NCBI GenBank assembly: GCA_047495785.1
Contig: JBLDXI010000036.1
Span: forward strand, 992,001 to 1,056,000
Reading direction: 5' to 3'
DNA length: 64,000 bases
DNA from: Lepidodermella squamata
Taxonomy: Eukaryota > Animalia > Gastrotricha
Made by a program: the position numbers and the translations under genes. Of this stretch, positions 47,848-59,906 are shown in pieces. Numbering within the stretch: the first letter of the stretch is position 1; every line of letters begins with the position of its first letter. Under the pieces are notes generated by a model. That model was given only the letters and a program-made list of their open reading frames with translations. It did not search any database and had not been told where the DNA came from.

Positions 47848-48222
47848 TTATTTTTTATTGGGACACACTATTGTATGCATTTCTATTTCCTGCCAACATA
47901 AAGCAACTTTACAACCATAGTCTTTAAATACACACTCGAATAATAAGTTTTCAATAAGATTACTGAGTACAACAGGTGGTTTAAATAACTCATGAGGAGA
48001 TAAAAGGGTCCTGCAAAGAGGGCAAGGGGTTGTACGAGTCGCAGAATTTTGAATAAAAGCAAGGCAACAAGAAGTGCAAAAAAGATGGCCGCATTTTGTT
48101 GACAATGGTTTGTTCAAAATTAATAAACAAATAGGACACTGCAATGATATTAAATCTATTGATAACGTGCTTGAAATTGAAACACGATTGGGTTCCATAA
48201 ATGGTATCAGGTTACTGTTCAA
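47848..48222 (-). CDS. RING-HC finger plus TRAF-type zinc-finger protein (putative E3 ligase)
   Basis: CPIC...CGHLFCTSC...CPLC; C....GC..........H...CP. Confidence 0.85.
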   Translation of the reverse strand: MNSNLIPFMEPNRVSISSTLSIDLISLQCPICLLILNKPLSTKCGHLFCTSCCLAFIQNSATRTTPCPLCRTLLSPHELFKPPVVLSNLIENLLFECVFKDYGCKVALCWQEIEMHTIVCPNKK

Positions 48223-48914
48223 TTTTTAACAACGTTAGATATAAACTTGAGAGATTCGTCGAGAACTTCAGTGGCATTTTTGTAACCCGTTTCGATAATG
48301 ATAACGGGGCATTTGAAAAGATGTGCATTTAAACAACATAATGAATTATAATTATCCTGCACAGAGTTCAAATAGTCTTGAGATATTGGCTCTTCAGACA
48401 AACGCCCACGATTGGCAATGCGGCCTTCTGCCACAGTAACGGTAGACTGGAGAAAAATTAAGGCGTCTAATTTGACGAAATTTGGTTCAAATTGATTATA
48501 GAGATGTACAAGTGACGCGTACATCAAAGGGTCTAATTTAGTGAACTCTAGCGCGGCAGGTAAGAATACATACCGAGAACAGAAAGGTGTTCTATCATGT
48601 ATGATGAATGTTGACCTTTCAGGGTTACCAAGGAAGTTTACAGCGGAGAACTGTTGGCACATATCTACCGTGGCGATGAGTTGAAATATTGCCGGGATAT
48701 TACCTAGATCATCATAATAGCCACGTAACAAGTTGACAGGAGGTACAACGGCGGTCCAGTTTTCCCAAGATGCAACCGGTTCTGGTTGAACGATCGCAAC
48801 ACAATTTGTGAATTTAGCAGCTCTAGGGATCGCATGCCGCAGATGATCGCAAAGCGTCGATTTTCCAACGCCAATATTCCCGATAACCCCAATGTGATAA
48901 AAACAATTAGCCAT
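48219..48914 (-). CDS. Deoxynucleoside kinase (dNK family)
   Basis: GNIGVGKST P-loop, EPV..W, DR, RI..RGR..E, YL. Confidence 0.9.
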   Translation of the reverse strand: MANCFYHIGVIGNIGVGKSTLCDHLRHAIPRAAKFTNCVAIVQPEPVASWENWTAVVPPVNLLRGYYDDLGNIPAIFQLIATVDMCQQFSAVNFLGNPERSTFIIHDRTPFCSRYVFLPAALEFTKLDPLMYASLVHLYNQFEPNFVKLDALIFLQSTVTVAEGRIANRGRLSEEPISQDYLNSVQDNYNSLCCLNAHLFKCPVIIIETGYKNATEVLDESLKFISNVVKN

Positions 48915-49047
48915 TTTGACTAGAATAGAGCGCCGAATGGTGGAATTAGTTTGTTTTCACTTGTTAAATAGTACCATAAAATGATAAATTTTTTATATGA
49001 ATGCACTTAGATTAAATAAATTGCAAATAAATATTAAGACAAAATCT

Positions 49048-49267
49048 GATGCCAAAGAATTTAACAACTGCTTGATGACATAATAAAGTGATATACAAAT
49101 AAATATTATGGCGATGTTGATGCCAAGGAATTTAACAGCCGCCTTAATGACGTAATTAGGTGATTTTCCAATGAATATTCAGGTGATGTTGATGCCAAGG
49201 AATTTACCAACCGCTTTAATGACATAATTAGGCGATTTTCCAATGAATATTCAGGTGATGTTGATGC
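49048..49267. repeat. Three ~72-bp tandem repeats in the divergent dNK/dUTPase intergenic region
   Basis: GATGC anchors at 49048, 49119, 49191, 49263. Confidence 0.9.
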
Positions 49268-49391
49268 ATTGCGGCAGCTCAACTGTTACATCAAGTGGTT
49301 CTCCAGTAAATGTAATAACTGAACCTCTTCATGATTGAGAGAACTCATTTTAAATCACGTAAACTAAAGTTATCATAAATCCACCATTGTA

Positions 49392-49910
49392 ATGAGTGCG
49401 AACATCGACCGAGAAATTATTTTCAAAGTTGAGGCTGAACTGTGTACCCCTGGGGCACTGTTACCTAGGCGAGGAACTACTAATTCAGCTGGATTTGATT
49501 TATTCTCACCTGAGGACTTCGGTATTCAGCCTTTAAGCCGGTATACGGCTTCCCTAGGGATCCGCTTGCTGTTCCCTAGTGGTTGTTTTGGTCTGATTGT
49601 AAGTCGATCTGGATTGGCTAGTAACCATGGATTAATGGTAATGTGTGGTCTAATTGGTTAGTTTTTTATTTTGCGCTTTCAATGTATCATAATATCAAGT
49701 AACATCTTAGATAGTGACTATCGCGGGACTATTTCTGTATGTCTGTTCAACACAACTGATGTGAAATATGATGTTCACACGCATGATCGCATAGCCCAAA
49801 TTATCTTCATGAATCCCGGCAGCTTTGATATTGTAAAGATGGATCAAATTGAAGCAAAAAGAATGGCAACAGATCGTGGCAACGGAGGATTCGGTTCCAC
49901 GGGAAAATAG
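49392..49910 (+). CDS. Trimeric dUTPase, 2 exons (intron 49657-49710), 154 aa
   Basis: SAGFDL, RSGLA, GLI|DSDYRG, DRIAQ, RGNGGFGSTG. Confidence 0.95.
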
Positions 49911-50118
49911 ATGTCGTTCATCACCCGTTGTTTACAACTTCACCATGAAGTTCATTCATCTGATAAAAAACACTCATGTAGGTTATAGAGTGTACTTGTT
50001 ATCTTTTTTTTTGAGTGTCATTTAACATAAATTGGTTCGTAATTTATTGATTAAAATTGATTAACATTACAATAGGCGTATGTTGTTTTTTAAAGCACAG
50101 TATTATCATGTTTGCAAA

Positions 50119-50174
50119 GGTTTTGATGAAAGTCCACACTAAACATCGTTCCTCCTAGGGGACATTATACTACT
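50119..50174 (-). repeat. Right TIR of the Polinton
   Basis: Exact reverse complement of 30445-30500; followed by AACGTG. Confidence 0.98.
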
Positions 50175-50698
50175 AACGTGCCTAAAGCCTAAAGAAATGT
50201 CTCATTTTGTGCTCAATGTGCACAACGCTGCTCAACGGAGTGCTCAACAGTGCTTAACGGAATGCTCAAAGATGCTCAACGAAATTGAGCACCGGGTCGG
50301 GGTGGTGCACAACGAATGCTCAAAGGAGAGATAATCAATAAATGGGTCAATCGATAAACTAGGGGTATCTAGACTTAATCTTCTGTTTACTATCGGTTTC
50401 TTCTATGGATACTTCGCGAATAATCGAAAAACCTATAAGTAAGTTATAACATAATTTTTCGAGGGCCGCGTGACTCCCTTGCGAGTGACTTTCGGCTGCG
50501 CAACAACGTTGTTACCAACCTGTGCGCTAAAATTAAATTTTAAACGCCGTGTGTAAAAAATACTGTACCATGCCATGCCCATAAAAAATTTAACAGTTCT
50601 TAACCTGACTTGCGCGCGTAATATAAGCGACTTTAGTGTATACAGAGTTGCAAAAAAACACAGTTATTTGTTTTTTCTCTGCGAAAAATCGTGCATAA

Positions 50699-51754
50699 AT
50701 GAATGTGCCCTTTCTCAGAGTATTCGCTGGTTTCTTTATTGCTTTCCTGATTTTGGCATATATTTTCGGACATGAAAGTCAACAATTACTCTGGGGCAGC
50801 TATATCGAGCTCCATTTAACGAAGGGGAACAGTAAAACAGCTACAACAGAACGAAATCACTGTCAAATTGATTGCGATTTCGACGAATTAGACGCTTTGT
50901 TAATCTCGATAGCTTCGAGAAATTCAACAAAAATCCCGAAAATTCTACATCAAACCTGGAAAACCAGCAACACATTGCCCGAAAAGTATGCAAAATACCG
51001 GTCGAATTGGATGAAGATGCACCCGCATTGGACGCATGTGCTATGGACGGATGAAATGAATAGAAAATTGGTGCAGCGTGGTTATCCTTGGTATTTGGAC
51101 TTTTACGACAATCTTCAAGTTGGCGTAATGCGATCTGACGTCAGCCGCATTCTCTACATGCATCGATACGGCGGGATGTACGCTGATCTCGATACTGAAC
51201 CTCTCCAACCTGTAGATCCTTTGATCGACCAAGCCGAGAAGCCTGTTCTGTTAGGTTATATGATGGACGTGTACAGAGATCATCACGACAAGCAGTTTCT
51301 ACCAGCTTCGATAATGTTGGCAAAACCAGGCCATCTTCTCTTTTCGATCGCGTTGTCCCAATTTCTATACCAGCGGAAAAAGTTCCCGCTACCTGGGACG
51401 AAACCCGAGTTCGTAACTGGCCCAACAGGATTTTTCAACGCAATCGAGGACTACATGGCTGCTTACAAACAAATGACTGGAGAAGATACTGATGCCTCGC
51501 CGAAAAAGCTCTCAAATGATATTTACGATCTGAAAGTTTTTCCATCGAAGGTCCTTCAGCCTTACTCTTGGGCGCAGAAGCCTGAGGCTGTTGGCAAGGT
51601 TTGCGAGGGTCGTTCCCCTGATTTCAACGAGGATCTCTGCAAATCTAGATTTGGCAAAGAGTCGTTCACTATTCAGTATTCCAGTCAATCGTGGGAAAAA
51701 GACTGGCGCGATCATATTAGCAAACACGAACAGTTTTATCCTGATTTATTTTAA
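50699..51754 (+). CDS. GT32 glycosyltransferase, intronless (paralog 2)
   Basis: Same length (351 aa) and near-identical catalytic domain to 27037-28092; upstream ~350 bp also homologous. Confidence 0.9.
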   Translation: MNVPFLRVFAGFFIAFLILAYIFGHESQQLLWGSYIELHLTKGNSKTATTERNHCQIDCDFDELDALLISIASRNSTKIPKILHQTWKTSNTLPEKYAKYRSNWMKMHPHWTHVLWTDEMNRKLVQRGYPWYLDFYDNLQVGVMRSDVSRILYMHRYGGMYADLDTEPLQPVDPLIDQAEKPVLLGYMMDVYRDHHDKQFLPASIMLAKPGHLLFSIALSQFLYQRKKFPLPGTKPEFVTGPTGFFNAIEDYMAAYKQMTGEDTDASPKKLSNDIYDLKVFPSKVLQPYSWAQKPEAVGKVCEGRSPDFNEDLCKSRFGKESFTIQYSSQSWEKDWRDHISKHEQFYPDLF

Positions 51755-52549
51755 AATGATCTTTTATTTGTTTGCAGAAGAAATCAATAAAACAAGATGT
51801 ACCCATTCCAGTGCTCTTTGCCTTTTTCTCGACTTCTTCCATCCCATCAAGATTTCTTATTTCATCCCACAACTAATGTGACTGAAATGATGCGAAATAT
51901 CCATCTAAATGTATTTCGGTGTGGCTATTGGCACATACATATGTGTCCCTTAATGGCTATTGGCACAAAACATTTTTCATTTAACTGCATTTTTCGGGAG
52001 TTTAATTCCCAGATACCAGCATTTCAACCTTGCGTTAGCAATCTAGAGGCGGCGAATTCACTGGAATCGTCGGATTTCAGGTAACTGTGCGATAGACCTC
52101 AGATACTCTACTTGGGCTACCCATTAGATGACGGAAACCCCGATTCGCGGGCCCATGACTGCAGTTTCGATATTGCCATTCGATTCCCCGTTGACGAAAA
52201 CCCTAGTAGCAATACTCGTGGAACAATTCGATGCATGACTTTCTAAAACATCGAAATTTAACCCGCCGTTTCATCTATCTCAGAAGATTTTGGCGTATTA
52301 TTGATTGGGAAATCAATAATGCAAAAAAGCCACAAAAGCGATAAAAGTAGTTCGTCCCTTGCAAAGATCCTGGCTTGGTACAGTGTCAAATAACCGGACG
52401 CTTAATTGTACGCCAAACCGATTTCTGTTTTGAATATCAATATTCAAATATTTAGACCCATCGCGCGAAGTAGGATCTTCGAACTAGGCGGAATTTATAA
52501 TAATAATTTCTTTTTCAAAGCGAACTTTGAGGGCTAGAAGGGCATGCCA

Positions 52550-52800
52550 CTTACTCTAACCCTAGGTCTTATCGTAAGAGATTGAGATGAACATTTCCGT
52601 ATGACGGATTTCGACTGGTGCAGTCTAGCTGACACTCCCAGCCTCCCAATTTTCTATTTTGTAACGCGATGGATTGGTAAAACCACCGCGGGGCCGAGGG
52701 GGGACTCGATCCTGGTTCCGTCACTAGGACTTGAACCCAGTCCCTTGCGATATCCCCTCAGATACACAGTAGCTCAACGACCCAACTGAGCCATCGTGCC
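52550..52800 (-). mobile_element. tRNA-headed SINE-like element; 3' end approximate
   Basis: Minus strand GGCACGATGGCTCAGTTGG (A box)...GGTTCAAGTCC (B box), followed by a non-tRNA body. Confidence 0.55.
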
Positions 52801-53371
52801 TCCCTGCAGGCCAAAAATGATCAAAGGGTCCCCCTGTAGTCTTCATGGTGTTTTCCACCTTGGCCTGCCGAACTGGGGCTACGATACCCCTTGTTCACTC
52901 CGTACTTCGCGCCCTGTTTAAACCTGTTTAGTGCTCCCATCTTCCCCAAAAGGACGCGGAAACCCCCCCCCGCTTAGGGTAAGTGTGAAGACAGCAAAAG
53001 AGAAAATGAAATGACTCAAACCCTTTATCGACCAGCGAGAAAACAGCACTCAAGTTCAGATATCAATAATAGAAGAGACTTCGGGATTCTGCTTTTAAAG
53101 TACGCAGTGCCGTTCCTGCAATAGGCACTTTCAAAGATTCAGCCAATGAGCTAGTCTAAACTGTCCAAAAATCTTCACATTGTTGTTACTCTAGGGTTAA
53201 AAGTCTGAAATCAACAATCAATCATGATCCCGCACCAACAATGACTAAAATCAGTCGAATTCAACCATGTCGCTTTTCCAGGTCAAATCTACCAGACTCG
53301 AAAACAACAACACTCACGTTCAGATATCAATAATAAAACAGGCGTCGAGAACTTTCGACTAGCCATTATAA

Positions 53372-54920
53372 ATGAAGGATTTCAAAATTTTAATGGTCGA
53401 TGCAAATGGTTTCCTACCCAGTGGCGTGACTGGTTTTCGATGGCTGTTCGTCACGCTGAAAATTCTTGGCCTGATGCCCAACTGGTCTTACATAGACTGG
53501 GAATTCAAAGCCAGCTCACGGGGTTACAAATGCTACGTCATTTCCCTCGTTATAATTTCATGGCTGAATGGGCTAAGAATGTTTACAGTCTTCTTCACTC
53601 GAACTCTGGCAAACACGCCACTATCAACCATCATCTATTACATTGTTTCCATATGAATGCAGCTGCTGTTAGGACTACGATGGTTGTCTGCAGCTGGAAG
53701 GGCAAATTCCAGCCGATTCAAGACCTGAAAGAAGCGACTCAAAAAGTAAGGGAGGTCGAGAGAAATCGCAAAGCTCTGTATCTTTTCATCGCGGCATGTC
53801 AGTCTCTTCTAACAAATGTAGTCCTCATCTCATCCTGTTTACTCTTGAAGAGAGACGACTACGGCTTTATGGCTTCACCCATGGACATGCTTAGTAGTAA
53901 CCCTGCGACCTGGGGGTGTTTTGTAGTCCCAGTTTGGATGACTTTGAGCTTCATCAGTGATGGCGGTCTCATCTTCTCCATCGGATTCTTCACCTTACTA
54001 GGCTTCACCTTAGCCGAGAATTTCCACCACCTCTCGAGGTCAGTCATTCGTTACAGCAAGCGAGCTAGTTCGGTTATTTCGCATAAAACTACTGATGAAC
54101 GAAATTTGAATGAGCGGGAATTTTTCGAACAGCTCCGAAATCAGCATTTGGCTTTAAAGCGAATGGTTCGGCATTTTGATCGACATATCAGAATAGCGAT
54201 TTTCGGTACTACAGCTCACGGGTTCGCAGCTCTGGTTATCTCGCTGTATCAAGGCGTTTGGGGTGGCGGGGTTGGGAGTGGCGCTACGTTTTTAGATGTT
54301 GTTGTGTCAACGTTTTGGATTGTGGCTGCTGCAGCGAGTGTTCTAATTTTTCTACTGCCCTCAGCCTTCATCGCTCACTGGGCTGAAAATGTGAAGGAAA
54401 AACTGTTCCGGCTGAGATTGAGGTCACAAGATTCCGCTACAAATTTACAGGTTAAATTACCGTTTTAGCCGAATTACCATCGAAATATCGAAATTACCGG
54501 AATCGGGTTTTACCCGGTAATTACGGTATTTTCTATTATTCTTCTACTTTCGAATGACTCGAGAGATGAGCAAAAGTTATATGTAACAATAACCGGTCAC
54601 TTCGGAATTTCAAATTCGGGTATTTTTCGGTATTTTCGTAGAATATTTACTCCTAACCCACATTTAATGTAAATTCCTCCCTTTTCAAGCTAACAATGCT
54701 TCTCAGTCAAGTTTCTGAGCCATGTTCTCTCCACGTGCTTGGCATGATACCTCTAAGGAGGGAAACATTGGCAGCGGTAATTTCCATAAAAATAGGTTTA
54801 TTTCATATGATGATGATGATTCATGTTTTTCAGCTATTCGCCGCATTGCTCACATATTTTTTGATCCTCATCGACTATACAAACACGAATCGCCCCATCA
54901 GCCATGGACCGGCTAATTAA
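53372..54920 (+). pseudogene. Gustatory-receptor-like (7TM chemoreceptor) gene 1, frameshift near 53650
   Basis: LKILGLMP; C-terminal TYFLILIDY motif; introns 54451-54689 and 54777-54833. Confidence 0.75.
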
Positions 54921-55062
54921 CAATACAAGCAACCACTCGACATTTTCACATTAAATATTTAACGCCTGATTAATCATGTTTTCGCACTCTGAATGTACCC
55001 AAGGGATTTCGGGAAATTTATCAACCGAAATCCAGGTTTAAAAATGAAAAATTTCCGGTACA

Positions 55063-56467
55063 ATGAAGACTTTTCCCGAGGAACTTTCCCATAACTACAG
55101 CGATGATTTTCGGTGTTTCAAGCCGTTATATTACCCGATGAAAATTCTTGGCCTTCTGCCAAACTGGCCGGTCAGAGATTGCGATACCCAGAGCTGCAAA
55201 GCCTACAAGTTTTATGCAATTTTCCTCGCAATTTTGAACTCGGTATACGCCATCCTCCCTTTCACGGTTTTCATCTGGAGCAATGGCTCAAATACCCCAG
55301 TTTTCCGATTGCTATACTTGATGAACATGAGCTTTTACTACATAACAACATCCTCAGTTCGATGGAACTTATTTCGCGGTAGTTGGAAGGGTCTTTTCCT
55401 ACCTGCTTTCGATATCAGGGACTGCGAACGATCTCTTTGTCGCGACGAGTTTTACGACATGAGCCGAACTCGGAGAATGCGCGGTTTATGGTTTCTTATG
55501 ACTTCAATCACTGTCTCGGTTGCTTGGGTAGTGAATACGGCTCTAGTATCGGTCGCAATGCTAGAGTATAAGCCTTCTTTCGGCGCCCTAGTCTCTCCAC
55601 TTCACGCTTTGATTGACGATAGTTTGCTTTGGGTAATTTGCTCTGTAGTTTTTTTCGTAATTCGGGGAATTATCTGCGATTCCGCCATGATGTTTGGCAT
55701 AGCTTTCTTTGAAATAACGATCCTAACAATGGGTAGAAAGCTGAGATTAATGGCGACCGAAATCGCAAAGTACGCGAAACTGAACTTCGAGATTAATGAA
55801 AGCGGGATTCCTTGCTATGAAGAAAAGGAGTTTTTCGAAAAAGTTCGCTATCAGCACTTGAAAATTTTGAAAACAATCCGCCGGTTGGATCGAGATCTTC
55901 GCCCCGCGATTTTCGCTTGCGTCAGTTTCGGTTTTGTCGGGCTACTCATCTATCTGTACCAGGCTATTATAAGTGAAACGAAAGACAGTACTGTGAAGAG
56001 CTTGGAGAGCTCTTGGATCTTCTACAGTATTGGAACTTTGATGGTTTTCATAATACCTTCAGCTTATTTGAACCACTGTGGCGAAGAGGTTCGTGAAAAG
56101 CTCTAAGTTGAAAGTTCGATCGATCGATACTCCAGCTCATATACAGGTTAGGGTTTTTACCAATCGAAGTAGTCGCAGCCGTAATTTATTTTGCTTCTAG
56201 CTTAACATGCTTTTAAGTCAAGTGACGACCGAATCCAGCTGTCTAACCTATATGGGTGTGATTCCTCTCAAACAAGAAACCATTGCTGCGGTATGCGTTC
56301 AAGCTCTGATACCAGGATTGGGCTAACTTGTTTTCTAATTACAGCTCTGTGGTGGCTTTTTGACTTATTTCCTCATTCTTTTCGACTACACTTCGGGCGA
56401 AAAAAGTCAACTGACCACATCGATGGTTCTCGCGCGAAATTCTACGAACTCTACGTTTCCTTCATAA
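55063..56467 (+). pseudogene. Gustatory-receptor-like gene 2, apparent 2-nt deletion at ~56104
   Basis: REKL then shifted KLKVRSIDTPAHIQ; last exon LTYFLILFDY. Confidence 0.75.
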
Positions 56468-56869
56468 AGATATTATCATCACTATCTTGAAATAAAAAAT
56501 AGGATGAAATCCCTCATACATACCGTATTTGATCCATTCACTAATTATCGTCCAGGGTTAAGGGGTCAAGTCGGTGCGAAACATCAAAAATGAACTATTC
56601 ACCAAAAGTTAGTTTTTGAAACCGTAAAACTTTTTGAGAATATTCGAAAAATCGGGTGAAATTCAGGTTTTTTCCCAGCCAGGTTAAGAGGATACCAATG
56701 GAGTTACCTAAACCCCGCACCAGTCACGTACTTATTATCGAAAATCTACCGCAAAATTTCGATTTTTTTCACCTGATTTCTCGCAAAATAAACCTACGCA
56801 TATACCCAAGGGAAATTGACAAAAATAACGCCGGAAAAACACCACTGTTGATTCATAGATTTTTCAATC

Positions 56870-58194
56870 ATGTCAAAGCAGGCAATTTCCGAGGAATTTT
56901 ACGGGTTTCGCCCATTTTACGTACACCTAAAATTTTTCGGCCTCCTACCAAACTGGTGTTACTGCCATGGCGGTTTCAGGCAGAGCGGTAAATTTTACAA
57001 AGCCTACGTCATCACACTGGTCATATTCGGCTGGCTGAATGCCTTTCGAATGCTGACGATCTTCATTTGGCACAACAGCTCAAATACCACCACTTTCCGC
57101 ATTATTTACTACATCGGCAGCGTTTTGTACCACTTCGCAGCTGCAGCGATTCGGACTAATATGGTCATCGGAAACTGGAAGGGAAAATTCATGCCAATTT
57201 TACGATTTTCCCCGGCTGTCTCCAACTACCCCGTTATCACCTATACCGAACAAGGCATTGCAATATTCAAAAAACGAAGATCTGCTTTTTACATGTCTAT
57301 GATAGCCACGTGTTGGTTCGGCTATATTTGCAACGCGGTTTTAGTCTCAGTGGCTTTGATGTTTAATAAAGAAGGCTTTGGAATGATGGCAACGCCCCTT
57401 AATGATTTGATTAAAGATGAATGCCTCTGGAACATGGTTTCAGTACCATTTTGGCTTGTGACAAGCTTCGTTTGCGATATTGGCATGATGTTTTCGCTTG
57501 GCTTTTTCATGTGCCTAGCTTTTACAACTGGGCGAGGTTTTCAGGAGCTATCCCAAGGAATTAACTGCTACGTCACTGGGAAGTCAAGCTACGGCGAGAT
57601 CGATTTTCTCAAGGCGACAAAAGAGCGACATTTACAACTGCTAAAACGGGTGAAAACCTTGGACAGAGATTTACGAATGTCCGTCTTCGCGGCTACTTCT
57701 TACGGTTTTGTCGGAATTTTGATGAATATTTACCAGTTAGGCGGCGGCGATGAGGGAGCGCATTTCTTATGGGGCCTCGAGAGCTCGTGGATTGTCTACT
57801 CGATCTTCTGTATGCTGATTTTCCTACTGCCATCGGCCTATCTCGCGCATTGGGGCGAGGAGGTTCGGGAGAAGTTGTTCAAAGTGAAAATTGACGGGCA
57901 AGACTCGGCGACCCACATCCAGCTAACTCTGCTCTTCAACCAAGTTTCGTCTGAGCCAGTTTGCTTTCGAATTCTTGGGATGGTCCCCCTGAAACGGGAG
58001 ACAATAGCTGGGGTAAGTCGAAATCAGGATTTGTTTTGTTTTTTGCTAAATTTACCTTATTTTCCAAGCTTCTTGGAGGTTTGCTCACCTATTACCTGAT
58101 TTTGATAGACTACACGTCAAATATCAGCAGCAAGCCTGGTTTTGGCAGTACTGTAAACGCTCTGACAAATTCGTCGAATACAACCCTCAGCTAA
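56870..58194 (+). CDS. Gustatory-receptor-like gene 3, apparently intact, 2 exons
   Basis: Multi-TM ORF; GMVPLKRETIAG|LLGGLLTYYLILIDY (TYhhhhh motif of the GR/GRL family). Confidence 0.82.
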
Positions 58195-58389
58195 CCCGGG
58201 ATGCAGCTAATCAGAGACAATCTTTGCAACAGCAAATTTTCTTTATTCTGTAATTCGACTGAATAAATATTTCAAATATTTCTAAATTTATTCATAAATA
58301 TTTCCATGCGCCTCAAAATGAGCAATTCAGACTAATAAGAAGCATATCACATGATATCCAATATAATGCTAATAATAAATCATTTCTAA

Positions 58390-59906
58390 ATCAGTTCAGT
58401 GTTCCAGCATTCAGCGTATCGTAGAACCAATGATTGCCAGCTAGGCGATGTATGTTCGAATTTGACTGGAATCAGGGCAATCCGCCATTCTGCAACAAAA
58501 ATAAAAAGAAATGAGAAGCAAAACCTTTGGGCTAAGAAAAGGGGTAGGAACTCCACTAAGGAGGATTGTAGACCATATAATAGAAGAATGACTCACGGCT
58601 TGGCAGCTCTGATGATTCGTGGCAAAATCAGAAGCTCCAGTAAAGGCTTTAATCTAAGGGATTCAGAGATAAAATTGCAAAATATCGCCAGTATTGCTGT
58701 TTGAACTCACTTGGAGCGTGCTGTTGCTGCAGAAACTCTGGCAAAGTGGGTTAGTACCCAAGTAACACGAAACCGCATTCTGCGAGTAGAAAACGACGGT
58801 GCTTTGGTCCAAAATTTCGAAACAACTTACGCCTCGCTCGCACAATGGCTTGGTCGAAAACACAAGAGGCCGGTAAAGTTCCGTTTCGGTTCCGTTGTGG
58901 CATTGAGTAGTCGTTCGGCGGCACGCTGTGAAAGCGAAGCTCGTCGAGTTGAAGCAACGAACGTGCGGCAGCTCAGCCTCAGATTCGTTAACTTGAAGAA
59001 CAAAATGATACAAGAAAAATTAAGCAAGACTGTGACTCACAGGCACCAGCTAAGCAGTTTGTAAGGCCAACATATTTTTTCCACCGCTTTTTCTGAAAAA
59101 TATAGGAATTGCATGAGGAATGGTCGATATTTTGTATTCCGAACCCAATCATTAGGGCAGTCGATTGAAGCTGGTACGCAGGTTTTAGTGACTACTCCTG
59201 GGGCCGTGCATCGTTTGAAGAATCCGATCTGTCAAATAATATATTTTAAATTTATTTGACCCTAGATTGACAAGTGAAACTTACGGGGAAGTAACGAAGA
59301 GCCTTTCGGCACCGTCTCAGGTTCTTTGCGATGAAAATTCTGCCGCTGTAGAATTTTACCTGTAAAAAAATTCATAAGGGGAGGTTTATAATTTATAATG
59401 AAATAAAAACATATTACGAATTTTATGAACTATTTCTAAAATTAACAATTGATATCCAGTTTTAAAAAAAATTTCAAAAAAAATAAAATAAATTAAACTT
59501 TGAAAAATAAAAAAATAAATAGAAAAAATAATTAACCTCAATTTCGTTTTCCGAGTTGCAATCGATATTACCGGGCGTGCATCTCACCCCAAGCGATAAA
59601 TAGTTGTAGCACATACGAGCGGTCTGATTAGAAATTTTCTAAGACAGTGTTGAAGCAAAACCATACAACTCACGCCTCGAATGCAGCTTCCTTCGTCATT
59701 GAACGTGTTGCCCCACTGGAAAATCGGAAAATTAGCAATTAAATTGAGCGAAGATAGCAGCAAACCGAGTGCTCAAGCAGGCTATCACATGCTGGCTCTT
59801 TACAACCCATATAGGTGTTGTTGAACACCGAAAAACACCGGTGCCAAGCTGAGTGGCTGCCCGGTATAGTAAAAGCAAAAATTGCCAGAAAAATAAACGT
59901 TTTCAT
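58390..59906 (-). CDS. Multi-exon secreted Cys-rich protein of unknown family (paralog B); exon structure approximate
   Basis: Signal MKTFIFLAIFAFTIPGSHS at 59906; exons ARMCYNYLSLGVRCTPGNIDC and ELPHVRCFNSTSFAFTACR. Confidence 0.55.

Larger units (their letters stand above)
30445..50174. mobile_element. Complete Polinton/Maverick (adintovirus-like) endogenous DNA virus, 19,730 bp
   Basis: AGTAGT...ACTACT ends, 56-bp perfect TIRs, TSD AACGTG (30439-30444 and 50175-50180); integrase, pPolB, MCP, mCP, protease and ATPase present. Confidence 0.98.
29896..50331. mobile_element. ~700-bp TA-flanked MITE split in two by the Polinton (29896-30444 and 50181-50331)
   Basis: 15-bp TIR TCTCTCCTTTGAGCA (29896-29910) / TGCTCAAAGGAGAGA (50317-50331), TA on both sides; TGCTCAA motif arrays on both sides of the Polinton. 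Confidence 0.8.

Noticed and set aside
49048-49267. CRISPR array
   Set aside because: Contiguous tandem units without unique spacers; eukaryotic context; no cas genes
50699-51754. GT32 genes as Polinton cargo or long terminal direct repeats
   Set aside because: Both lie outside the TIR/TSD boundaries and outside the enclosing MITE
52030-52300. Possible Helitron-like interspersed repeat
   Set aside because: No termini or second copy in the window to support a call
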